Positions 8,339-16,515 of a DNA stretch of 64,000 nucleotides are shown here, piece after piece; position 1 is the first letter of the stretch, and every line of letters begins with the position of its first letter. Below the pieces are notes generated by a model. It saw only the letters and a program-made list of their open reading frames with translations, ran no database searches and was not told where the DNA came from. This DNA comes from Candidatus Woesearchaeota archaeon (GTDB taxonomy: Archaea > Nanobdellota > Nanobdellia > Woesearchaeales > GW2011-AR9), in contig JABHQW010000008.1 in assembly GCA_018696595.1 (NCBI GenBank), positions 320,001 through 384,000 on the forward strand, in the 5' to 3' direction. The position numbers and the translations under genes were made by a program.

Positions 8339-8935
8339 ATGAAATTTTTAACATTCGTAGATTTACATGAAGATAAAAAATATCTGAAAGAACTAATTAA
8401 ACGAGCTTCGCAAGATGATATAGACTTTGTCGTTTGTGCTGGTGATATAACTCTATTTGGTAGGGGCTTACGTTATATTCTCAAACAATTAAATAATCTT
8501 AATAAGAAAATATATATTATTCCCGGAAATCATGAAAGTGATCGAATGTTTAAAGAAGTAATTTCTGATTATCCAAATTGTATCAACTTTAATCGTAAAG
8601 TCATTAAGAAAGATGGCTATGTTTTCTTAGGTTACGGGGGTGGCGGATTTTCTGCTCAAGACCCAGAATTCAGAAAAATATCTCGTGATTGGTACAGCAA
8701 GTATCAAGATGATAAAGTTGTTTTGGTAACTCACGGTCCGCCAGCAAACACAACACTAGATCTCTTAGAAAAAAGGCATGTTGGCAATATGGACTATCGT
8801 AAATTTGTGGAGAGAATGAAACCTAAATTAATGATTTGTGGTCATTTACATGAGAATGTTGGTATGCAAGACAAGATTGGTAAAACCATTGTTATTCACC
8901 CTGGTTGGGAAGGAATGGTAATAGAATTAAGTTAA
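8339..8935 (+). CDS. Calcineurin-like metallophosphoesterase
   Basis: DLH, GDIT, GNHE, THGPP and GHLHE motifs. Confidence 0.9.
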   Translation: MKFLTFVDLHEDKKYLKELIKRASQDDIDFVVCAGDITLFGRGLRYILKQLNNLNKKIYIIPGNHESDRMFKEVISDYPNCINFNRKVIKKDGYVFLGYGGGGFSAQDPEFRKISRDWYSKYQDDKVVLVTHGPPANTTLDLLEKRHVGNMDYRKFVERMKPKLMICGHLHENVGMQDKIGKTIVIHPGWEGMVIELS

Positions 8936-10659
8936 GCTGCTTTTTGATAAGCAGTAGTTTTCATTGCTTCTTTATATGCTGCTCCCGCTTGGGCATTAGC
9001 TTTTTGTAACTGTTCTCCAAACTTACTTGCTTCGCCCATATATTTTTTATCCATGCCTAACTTCTTGTGCATCATTGTTCCCATAGAATCGGCTAGATGT
9101 TTTGATTGTAATTTATGTAATGTTTCGTTTTCATCAATCTTATCTTCTTCTTTTTCAATTAATTCATTCAGTCTTTTAAATGTAAACATTGTTTCTTGTT
9201 CAGTTCTTTGGTTTAATGCTGCAAGATATTTATCCATTCTTTTTTCATCTTCCAATACTCCAGAACTTGCTTGTATTGCTTCTGCTTGGTCTTTCAAAGT
9301 TCCTGCAACATCTTGAGTGTACATTATAGCAACTAATTTCAGAACAGCAGCAACACCTGCATTTAATGCTTCTTCAGACTGATCTAATGCAGGTAATAAC
9401 TTAACAAAAGCTTCCATTTTTCTTTGAGTCATTAAGTTTTGTTCAAGAATTTCTTTTAATTTTTCTTCAAAAGCAAGATCTCCTTTCAATGCTTTAATGT
9501 AGTAAGTAAAATATTCATTGATACTAGAAGAAGCAGATAAAACCATTCCATGCAATTTTTCACTTCCAGAATTGTCTTCAATACTTTTTTCTAAGGCTCT
9601 CTGTTTTTTCTCAACTTTATCTAATCTATTACTTAATATTTTTTCTCTACTTTTTAATCCTTTACCATATTTACGCTGACTTTTTCCAATCTTAATTACA
9701 TTTTGTAAGATAGCTCTTAATTGTTTAATCTCTAATTCAATGATTTCATTTGCTTTAACAACCTGTTTATGAATTACTTCTAATTCTGCAGAATTTCTTT
9801 TTAACATAGAAATTTCCTTCTTTAATTGAGCAATTAATGCAGGGTCAGCATTATCTCCTTTAGCTTCTTCAGCAATTAACTTATTTCTTTTTTTCCTGAT
9901 TGCTTTTTTTAATTTTGAAAATTCTTTCTTAAAATCTTTTCTTTCTTTCCTTTCTTTTTTCTTAATTCCTTTTAATTCTTTTTTAGCGCGTCTAGCAATT
10001 GGAATAAAATCAGCAATTGCTTTCCTCAACTTTTTAACAAGTTCTTTTTGATGTTCAGAATTTTGTTCTTCATAACTTACTTGATCTTTTAAGTTCTTAG
10101 CCAACGCTTCTAATGATTCTTTAACAAATTCAGCAGTTTTACTATCAATTTGATCAAAATTTCTTAATCCGCGAATCTTATTTTCCAATACTTCTAACTT
10201 AGCAACTTCTATTTCTTGTATTTTTTCCATCTTAGATTTTTGTTCAACTTCATCTAAGATTGCTCTTGTAGAGTTTTCTAAGTCTGCGGCCATTGCAGCA
10301 GTGGTTTGTTCTAACTCTGTGGTCTTTTCTTCTAACGCTTCAGTATCTCCAGCAACTTTAGCTGCACCTTTGCCTGCTTTCTCTGTTGCACTAGAAACAT
10401 CATCACCTTTTGGTTTTTTTGTTACTAACTTTTGGTAAGCTTTTTGTTTTTTCTTATATCCAGCAAAACGCTTATACACTCTCCAAAATGTCGAACCTGC
10501 GGATTTTGCTTCTCTTCTTTCTTTACCGCCTTCTGTTTTACTACGAACAAAAAAAATTAAAATGATCATAACAATAATTACTCCACCTATGGGTAAAGCT
10601 TTTGTTCCAAGGTTTGAGAATATATCTCCCAAGTTTGAAAAAACATCTAATATTGCCAT
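8932..10659 (-). CDS. Large coiled-coil protein with a single N-terminal TM anchor
   Basis: GGVIIVMIILIFFV TM segment followed by about 500 aa of K/E/L-rich helical sequence. Confidence 0.7.
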   Translation of the reverse strand: MAILDVFSNLGDIFSNLGTKALPIGGVIIVMIILIFFVRSKTEGGKERREAKSAGSTFWRVYKRFAGYKKKQKAYQKLVTKKPKGDDVSSATEKAGKGAAKVAGDTEALEEKTTELEQTTAAMAADLENSTRAILDEVEQKSKMEKIQEIEVAKLEVLENKIRGLRNFDQIDSKTAEFVKESLEALAKNLKDQVSYEEQNSEHQKELVKKLRKAIADFIPIARRAKKELKGIKKKERKERKDFKKEFSKLKKAIRKKRNKLIAEEAKGDNADPALIAQLKKEISMLKRNSAELEVIHKQVVKANEIIELEIKQLRAILQNVIKIGKSQRKYGKGLKSREKILSNRLDKVEKKQRALEKSIEDNSGSEKLHGMVLSASSSINEYFTYYIKALKGDLAFEEKLKEILEQNLMTQRKMEAFVKLLPALDQSEEALNAGVAAVLKLVAIMYTQDVAGTLKDQAEAIQASSGVLEDEKRMDKYLAALNQRTEQETMFTFKRLNELIEKEEDKIDENETLHKLQSKHLADSMGTMMHKKLGMDKKYMGEASKFGEQLQKANAQAGAAYKEAMKTTAYQKAA

Positions 10660-10693
10660 ATCTCAATTAGAATTATTTGTGCTTATATAAAGT

Positions 10694-11632
10694 TTATTCA
10701 AAAGCTTCCATAAACACTTTCTTAACATCAACAGCTAAACCTTTATCTTTCATGTTTACTTCTACTGCTGACATTAAAGCTTCACCAATCGCAACAAGCT
10801 CACCTTTCAAAGTTACAATGGCAACAAATTCACCTTTCTTAAAATTTTCTAACTTACTAATCCCTGGAATCCCTAAATCTCTACCATGGGTTAAACTTTT
10901 AATTGTGGTGTCAAAGATCCAACATTTAGCTAAATGCCTTAACGCATTCTCAATCGGTTGAATACAATGGCGTAAGAATTTGTCATTCTTTTCTTCTTTA
11001 TAATAATGAATTGCGTCATTTAAATCGTTTAATGTTACTAAGTTATCTTCTTCTCCAAATGGTCCTGCTTGGGTTCTTCTTAGTTCAACCATATGTGCTC
11101 CAGTGTTTAATTCTTGTCCAATATCGTGGCAAAGTTTTCTAATATAAGTTCCTGCTTGACATTTAACTCTGAAAAGAACATCCCTATCTTTAATTTCTAG
11201 AATTTCAAAATCATAAATTTCTCTGGTACGAACTTGCCTTTTTACTGCTGACTTAATTGGAGGGAGTTGTTGAATCTTCCCCACAAATTTTGTAATAGTT
11301 TCCCGAAATACTTTTTCTTCCACATTCTTATGTAAATACATCAAACAAATGTACTCTTTTGGTGCTGTAAGAAAGAAATGCGTGATTCTTGTGGCTCTAC
11401 CTATAGCAATCGGTTGTACTCCTGTAACGGCCGGATCAAGGGTTCCTGAATGACCTGCTTTCTTAACAGGAATAATTTTTTTCACATAATCTGCTGTTTG
11501 GTGTGAAGTTGGACCTTTTAGTTTATCAATATTAATAATTCCGTACTTCAGCAAAGTTTCTGTTGTTTTCTCTTCTGGACTGATTCCAAATTCTCCTTCT
11601 ACTTTTTTCTTCACAAAGATCTGTTTTGTCAT
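10694..11632 (-). CDS. cbf5: H/ACA pseudouridine synthase Cbf5 (archaeal TruB)
   Basis: GIINIDK..GPTSH, GHSGTLDPAVTG, CQAGTYIRKLCHDIG, C-terminal PUA domain. Confidence 0.95.
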   Translation of the reverse strand: MTKQIFVKKKVEGEFGISPEEKTTETLLKYGIINIDKLKGPTSHQTADYVKKIIPVKKAGHSGTLDPAVTGVQPIAIGRATRITHFFLTAPKEYICLMYLHKNVEEKVFRETITKFVGKIQQLPPIKSAVKRQVRTREIYDFEILEIKDRDVLFRVKCQAGTYIRKLCHDIGQELNTGAHMVELRRTQAGPFGEEDNLVTLNDLNDAIHYYKEEKNDKFLRHCIQPIENALRHLAKCWIFDTTIKSLTHGRDLGIPGISKLENFKKGEFVAIVTLKGELVAIGEALMSAVEVNMKDKGLAVDVKKVFMEAFE

Positions 11633-11752
11633 TATTATTGTTTTTCAACTTTGTTGAAATGCTTAAAAACTATTGTTTTTATTGTTTTTACTTGCTGTTT
11701 TTAAATAGTTTACTACAAAACTTTATAAATGACTCCACGAATTAACATTTAA

Positions 11753-12070
11753 ATGGCATATACCCCACCCGAACAACCAATGATTAGAGTGCGTTTACCG
11801 CAAGGCAAAGAAGTTCTAGGAATTGTTCAACAAAGAGTGGGTGGTAGCAGAATGAAAGTTCTTTGTTTAGATGGGAAAGAAAGAATGTGCAGAATCCCAG
11901 GAAGATTAAGAAGAGGGTTATGGGTAAGAGAAAATGATGTTATTATTGTTGAACCTTGGGAACTTGGTGGAGACACTAAGGGTGATGTGATTTATAAATA
12001 TCGAAGTAAAGCAGAAGTATCATTCTTAAAGAAGAAAGGTTTATTGAAAAGTATTGAAGAAGAATTTTAA
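11753..12070 (+). CDS. eif1a: Translation initiation factor aIF-1A
   Basis: RVRLP, VLCLDGKERMCRIPGRLRRGLWVRENDVIIVEPW. Confidence 0.95.
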   Translation: MAYTPPEQPMIRVRLPQGKEVLGIVQQRVGGSRMKVLCLDGKERMCRIPGRLRRGLWVRENDVIIVEPWELGGDTKGDVIYKYRSKAEVSFLKKKGLLKSIEEEF

Positions 12071-12138
12071 ACATTATTTCTAATCATATTCAATCCACTA
12101 TAGAAATACTTATAACTATTTTTACTCTAAATTAATGG

Positions 12139-12735
12139 ATGGTAGAAGAAAAAAGTAAAGGAAAACTATTTATTTACGCAATCATCACTGTTTTATTGTT
12201 TTTTGGTTTGATAAGATTGTTTATTAATTCTAATGGGAATTTTTTCATGTTAGAGTTAGTTGGGACATTATTTTTGTTGTTGTTAACACTTATTGGTTTT
12301 ATTGGTTACAACAAATGTTGGGGAGAGAGGGTATTATTTTTTGTTTACTTGACGTATTTAGTAAACTTAGTTATGATTTGGTTTTACGATGGAAGATTGT
12401 CATTGATTTTGTTGTTCCTAACTTTGTTAGCGTTCTTAATGGCAGTACCTAAGCGAGCATGTTGCGGTTCTAGTTGTCAAGCTACAGAAAAACCTTCTGA
12501 GGAACCACATAGTGAAGTGTTTGATCTTCCAAAGCCAGTTACAGAAAAAGAAGTTGTTGAAGAAAATAAAGTAACACATTCTCCGGGTAAGTTTGTAGCT
12601 AGTGCTAGAAGTAACATTTATCATGAACCTAAATGCGAATGGGCAAAGAAAATCAAGACTGAAAGGCAAGTTTGGTTTAAAGATAAAAGAGAAGCACAAC
12701 GTAAAGGTCATAGGAAACACACTTGTGTTAAGTAA
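12139..12735 (+). CDS. Four-TM membrane protein with a C-terminal Ada-like Zn-binding domain
   Basis: Four hydrophobic helices, then SNIYHEPKC..AKKI...VWF..KREA..KGHRKHTC. Confidence 0.7.
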   Translation: MVEEKSKGKLFIYAIITVLLFFGLIRLFINSNGNFFMLELVGTLFLLLLTLIGFIGYNKCWGERVLFFVYLTYLVNLVMIWFYDGRLSLILLFLTLLAFLMAVPKRACCGSSCQATEKPSEEPHSEVFDLPKPVTEKEVVEENKVTHSPGKFVASARSNIYHEPKCEWAKKIKTERQVWFKDKREAQRKGHRKHTCVK

Positions 12736-12774
12736 TTTTACTTTTTATTTTTTTCTTTTATTAGAGGTGGAAAA

Positions 12775-13227
12775 ATGAATTTAATGAATTTGATTGAAAA
12801 TATAGCTCAACAGTATAACTTAGCACTTGAAAGTCATGATGAGGATGGGGACGTCGAGTATGGTGTGGATGGCACTCAACCAGTCATAGAAATGGCGAAA
12901 TCTAATGGGTTGGGCGGTGAAGGCGTAGAAGAAGTGCTGAATCTTGAATTGAAATTTGGTTTTATTAATAAAGGGAGTATGGAAAGCCAACCAGTTTCTT
13001 TGTCAAGAAAAGGGAATGAAGCATACGTTGTTTTTGGAAGTGATGATACTTGGGAAGTTAAAGGGGATTTCACTCTTCCAAGTGTGTTGTTCTCTCATCT
13101 TAATAATGGAGAAGTTCAAGCAAGAGATTATTTGCTAAGTGTAGGAAGTAAGAGTGGAGACTTGTATACTGTTGATTTGAATAAAGTTAAAGAAACAGGT
13201 GAGAAGTTAATAGATTATTTTATATGA
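12775..13227 (+). CDS. Hypothetical protein
   Basis: 150-aa ORF with a gaggtgg SD-like site; no motif recognised. Confidence 0.6.
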   Translation: MNLMNLIENIAQQYNLALESHDEDGDVEYGVDGTQPVIEMAKSNGLGGEGVEEVLNLELKFGFINKGSMESQPVSLSRKGNEAYVVFGSDDTWEVKGDFTLPSVLFSHLNNGEVQARDYLLSVGSKSGDLYTVDLNKVKETGEKLIDYFI

Positions 13228-13697
13228 TGTCTGTTTTTCTTTTTTTCTTTTAATTCTTCTTTAATACTATAAATGACCAACCCAACTACCGCAATTGATA
13301 AAGCAGAATCTGCAATGTTAAAAGCAGGCCAGAAACTAAGATTGATGAAATCAATTACATAACCTCTAAAAAATCGGTCTAACAAATTTCCAACTACTCC
13401 TCCTAAAAATACAGCAAATAGTATTTGAGGTATTTTTTCTGTTGGTATTTTCTTATAGTAAACAATAACCAATACCGCAACCATAAGAGAAACAATTCCT
13501 AGTAACAAAGCATTATCTTTCAGTATCCCAAATCCTGCTCCAGTGTTTTTGATAAAAGTTATTTTTAGATATCTAAACCCAAAATAAGGTTGAAACTTCA
13601 AAACTAAATATTTAGTTAATTGATCTAAAATTACTACCACAATAGCAATTAATGAGAATAAGAACTCTTTTTTTTGAAAAAATGTTTTCTTTACCAT
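13215..13697 (-). CDS. lspA: Lipoprotein signal peptidase (signal peptidase II)
   Basis: LDQLTK, NTGAGFG, GNLLDR, GYVIDFI, WPAFNIADS; four TM helices. Confidence 0.93.
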   Translation of the reverse strand: MVKKTFFQKKEFLFSLIAIVVVILDQLTKYLVLKFQPYFGFRYLKITFIKNTGAGFGILKDNALLLGIVSLMVAVLVIVYYKKIPTEKIPQILFAVFLGGVVGNLLDRFFRGYVIDFINLSFWPAFNIADSALSIAVVGLVIYSIKEELKEKKKNRHHIK

Positions 13698-14086
13698 AAT
13701 TTATCTTCTTTTTTAGCGGTTCCAGTAGAACTCTCAATGTTAGCAATTCTTTGATCCATAGAATTTAAGATTGCTTTAATCGTATCTAACTTACTGCTAA
13801 GCAGTTCCAATTCTCTAGTTGATGATCCAGGAGTTTGCTGTTGTAATTGTTGAACCGCAGTTGGTTCTTGTTTTGGTTGTTCCCAAGGTTGTGATTTTGT
13901 TTCTTCTGTAGCTGGTTGATCAAACGGAGACTTTTCATCTAATCCTGCTGGTTTTTGATCTAGTCCCAAATCATCAGTTTTGAATAAGTCATCTCCTTTT
14001 TGCATTTCTTTATCTACACTTTTATCAAAATCAATATCAAAATCATCCTCTTTTTTCCAAAACATTAATTTGTCTAACACGCTCAT
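13691..14086 (-). CDS. Hypothetical acidic protein with a C-terminal coiled coil, overlapping the lspA start
   Basis: RELELLSSKLDTIKAILNSMDQRIANIE heptads; BRE-TATA on the - strand at about 14108-14125. Confidence 0.7.
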   Translation of the reverse strand: MSVLDKLMFWKKEDDFDIDFDKSVDKEMQKGDDLFKTDDLGLDQKPAGLDEKSPFDQPATEETKSQPWEQPKQEPTAVQQLQQQTPGSSTRELELLSSKLDTIKAILNSMDQRIANIESSTGTAKKEDKLW

Positions 14087-14134
14087 AACAGGTAGAATTA
14101 TTTTTTAGGTTTTAAATGTTTCTAGAAAACACTC

Positions 14135-14247
14135 TTTAATGAGCGTTTTATTTTAAAAAACATAAGTTTGCGGTGGGGGACGTCCCTTACGGGGGGGACC
14201 GCACTAGAAAATAACATCAAAGAAGCGAACTGGCCTTGCTCATTAAA
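14135..14247. repeat. Intergenic element with 10-bp perfect terminal inverted repeats and a GC-rich inner hairpin
   Basis: tttaatgagc (14135-14144) pairs with gctcattaaa (14238-14247); the inner tgcggt...accgca stem encloses G/C tracts. Confidence 0.6.
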
Positions 14248-14754
14248 TTAAATACTTCTAGAAATATTCCTTTTATTATAATCGCTCAAAACATTTTCTG
14301 TGATATTTAGGAATTCTTTAGTTAATTGTAAATAATCTCTAATATCGTTTATTGAAAGAGTTTTAAGCATATAATCTTTATTACAAATAACAAACTTATT
14401 TCCTCGTTGAAATGCCATTGGACTTTTCTTATGCAATTCTATGATTTCTTTTAGTTCCATATACAAAACCATATACCTTGTGGGGATCTTATTTCTGGGA
14501 ACTGACTTTTGTCTGAACAAGTTAAATTTACTTCTTGGATCTTCATTGTAAATTGGAACTAATCTCAACAACCTTTCATATGTTAAAATTGCGTCCATTG
14601 AATACTTAAATGATTCAACTAAATTATCAATAACTCCAATTAAAAGTTTAGGGTCTTTTACTGTTGGGAATGTTACATTAAGCAAATGTCTAGCACCTTC
14701 ATATTTCTGAGTAGCATACTCTTTCGCTTTAAGAAAATCTGTTGAAGTTTCCAT
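14248..14754 (-). CDS. Hypothetical helical protein, remote paralog of 38167-38646
   Basis: 168-aa ORF whose pattern aligns by eye with 38167-38646. Confidence 0.65.
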   Translation of the reverse strand: METSTDFLKAKEYATQKYEGARHLLNVTFPTVKDPKLLIGVIDNLVESFKYSMDAILTYERLLRLVPIYNEDPRSKFNLFRQKSVPRNKIPTRYMVLYMELKEIIELHKKSPMAFQRGNKFVICNKDYMLKTLSINDIRDYLQLTKEFLNITENVLSDYNKRNISRSI

Positions 14755-14803
14755 TATTTACTTAGAAAGTTGTTGGGGTATAAAATATTTGTGGGAAAAT
14801 AGC

Positions 14804-15076
14804 TTAACAACCAAGAGAATTCAAATCATTTAACATTCCTAAATACTCAATAACTGCTCTGTCTACTTTTTGTTCTAATCCTTTTTCTGGATAATAACTT
14901 TTTATATTAAATTTTAATGGAGAAAATAAGGGTACTTCTGGGGAATAAACTTTTATTCTTTCATCATCTGCGCTCACAATAACATTTATTGGTCTTCCTG
15001 GGGGGGACTCTCTTTTGTAAGTTCTTGTAATGGATGTTTCTTCTACTAACTCCAAAAAAGGTTGACCAGAATTCAT
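14804..15076 (-). CDS. Hypothetical protein
   Basis: 90-aa ORF directly downstream of nac on the same strand. Confidence 0.5.
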   Translation of the reverse strand: MNSGQPFLELVEETSITRTYKRESPPGRPINVIVSADDERIKVYSPEVPLFSPLKFNIKSYYPEKGLEQKVDRAVIEYLGMLNDLNSLGC

Positions 15077-15077
15077 T

Positions 15078-15422
15078 TTACTCTTCTTTGTTAAAACTCA
15101 TAATTGCTTCTGCTAAATCTCCTTCAGCCCCTTCAATTGCTGCCTTGGCTTGTTCTTCAGAAACGTTAGCTTGTTCCATTACAGTTTTAACATCATCTTC
15201 AGAAATGTCGGGAGCTGTTGACAATTCTCTCTCTTCAACATTTCCAGAAATCTGAAAGTTTTCTTGGCCCATCATGTTAACTTTCGCCACACTTGGGTTT
15301 GTAATAATAATTTCTTTATCTGCAGTTTTAATAATAACTTCAGTTGCAGGAATATCAACTTGTTGGATTCCCATCTGCTTCATCATCTGTTGCATTTTCC
15401 GGGGATTCATTCCTGGCATCAT
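15078..15422 (-). CDS. nac: Nascent polypeptide-associated complex protein (aNAC)
   Basis: MNPRKMQQMMKQMGI, A.EVII, C-terminal UBA-like DVKTVMEQANVSEEQA..A....EGDLAEAIM. Start moved to 15422. Confidence 0.93.
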   Translation of the reverse strand: MMPGMNPRKMQQMMKQMGIQQVDIPATEVIIKTADKEIIITNPSVAKVNMMGQENFQISGNVEERELSTAPDISEDDVKTVMEQANVSEEQAKAAIEGAEGDLAEAIMSFNKEE

Positions 15423-15592
15423 GAGAACCAATTTCCTCCAAAGTAATGTAACAGAATGATAATAATCATTATAACTATGCTAAGAACAATAACTGCTGCT
15501 GGAGAGAATTCAATCTTTGACTTAAATTCATCGAAGTATCTTGTTAGTCCACCTTGCCCAGAAGGCATTCTTATTTTATTGTCACGTGCCAT
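15419..15592 (-). CDS. secG: Preprotein translocase subunit Sec61beta (archaeal SecG); not in ORF track
   Basis: Translated by hand: MARDNKIRMPSGQGGLTRYFDEFKSKIEFSPAAVIVLSIVIMIIIILLHYFGGNWFS* (GLTRYF..E..KI...P plus one TM). Its TGA overlaps the nac ATG. Confidence 0.88.
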   Translation of the reverse strand: MARDNKIRMPSGQGGLTRYFDEFKSKIEFSPAAVIVLSIVIMIIIILLHYFGGNWFS

Positions 15593-15690
15593 GTTAATTG
15601 TCTAATTTTATAGGTTTTATAAGGTTTTTGGAAATAATCTTTAATTTAGTACTGGAAATTTTTATAAACCTAGTTGTTTTTATTCTTAAG

Positions 15691-16515
15691 ATGAAAAAAA
15701 GAGGTCAAGTAACAATATTTATGATTTTGGGAATATTTGTACTTATTACTGTTTTTTCTTTTGTCTTTCTGAACAATTATACAAAAACAAAACAGCTTGA
15801 ACAGGATGTAACAGATGGGTTAGAATTAAATCTTAATTCCGAGAGAGTTAATAACGCAGTTACTTGGTGCATTAATGATATTGGTGGTAAAGCCATACTA
15901 AATCTTGGTGCTTATGGTGGTAAACAAGAGCTAGTTGGCAATTTCTTTGATGAAGAATTATTTGATGCCAATTATCTCTATTATTTTGGAGAAAAACAAA
16001 CTTCTTCGATAGAAGAGATGGAAGATTCTTTAAGTATTATGATGGAAGAACATTTAGAAGACTGTGTGGATAAACTAACAAAAAAAGAATCCATTAATGT
16101 GGAAGAAAATATTGTCAACCACGATTTAATCTTTGAATCGTTTCAAGTAGATAAAGGCAAAATCAACACATCTACAGAAATAATTGACGAGGCAGTAATG
16201 TTCACAGTAAACTGGCCATTAAAATTAAAATTTAGGGACCAAGAGAAAGAAATTTCTAATTTCCCCACCAAAAAGATCGAGGTTGATTTAAACCGGACAG
16301 CTAATTTTGTTGAAGATTTTGTTGAACGGTTACAAGTCAACCCTTACTTTATCGATGTTGTTTATCTTTTAAAACAAAATTATACCATTGACTTAACAAT
16401 GTTAAATAACGACACTTACGTTTTTTTAATTACTGACAACAATTCAATAATTAATCATGAACCATTAAAATTCTTATGGGCAGCAAAATTAAACAATACT
16501 GGGGTGTTGATATGA
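15691..16515 (+). CDS. Exported protein with a class III (prepilin-like) signal peptide
   Basis: MKKRG^QVTIFMILGIFVLI from the ATG at 15691; ATGA overlap with the next gene. Confidence 0.75.
   Translation: MKKRGQVTIFMILGIFVLITVFSFVFLNNYTKTKQLEQDVTDGLELNLNSERVNNAVTWCINDIGGKAILNLGAYGGKQELVGNFFDEELFDANYLYYFGEKQTSSIEEMEDSLSIMMEEHLEDCVDKLTKKESINVEENIVNHDLIFESFQVDKGKINTSTEIIDEAVMFTVNWPLKLKFRDQEKEISNFPTKKIEVDLNRTANFVEDFVERLQVNPYFIDVVYLLKQNYTIDLTMLNNDTYVFLITDNNSIINHEPLKFLWAAKLNNTGVLI

Noticed and set aside
11633-11752. ttcaac-ttt-gttgaa inverted repeat upstream of cbf5
   Set aside because: It is short and AT-rich, so expected by chance; no second copy was noticed.
1898-13697. Bacterial contamination or chimera as the explanation for gpsA, GH3 and lspA
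   Set aside because: The genes overlap or abut archaeal-type genes, use BRE-TATA promoters and look compositionally alike. This is provisional until read mapping is done.
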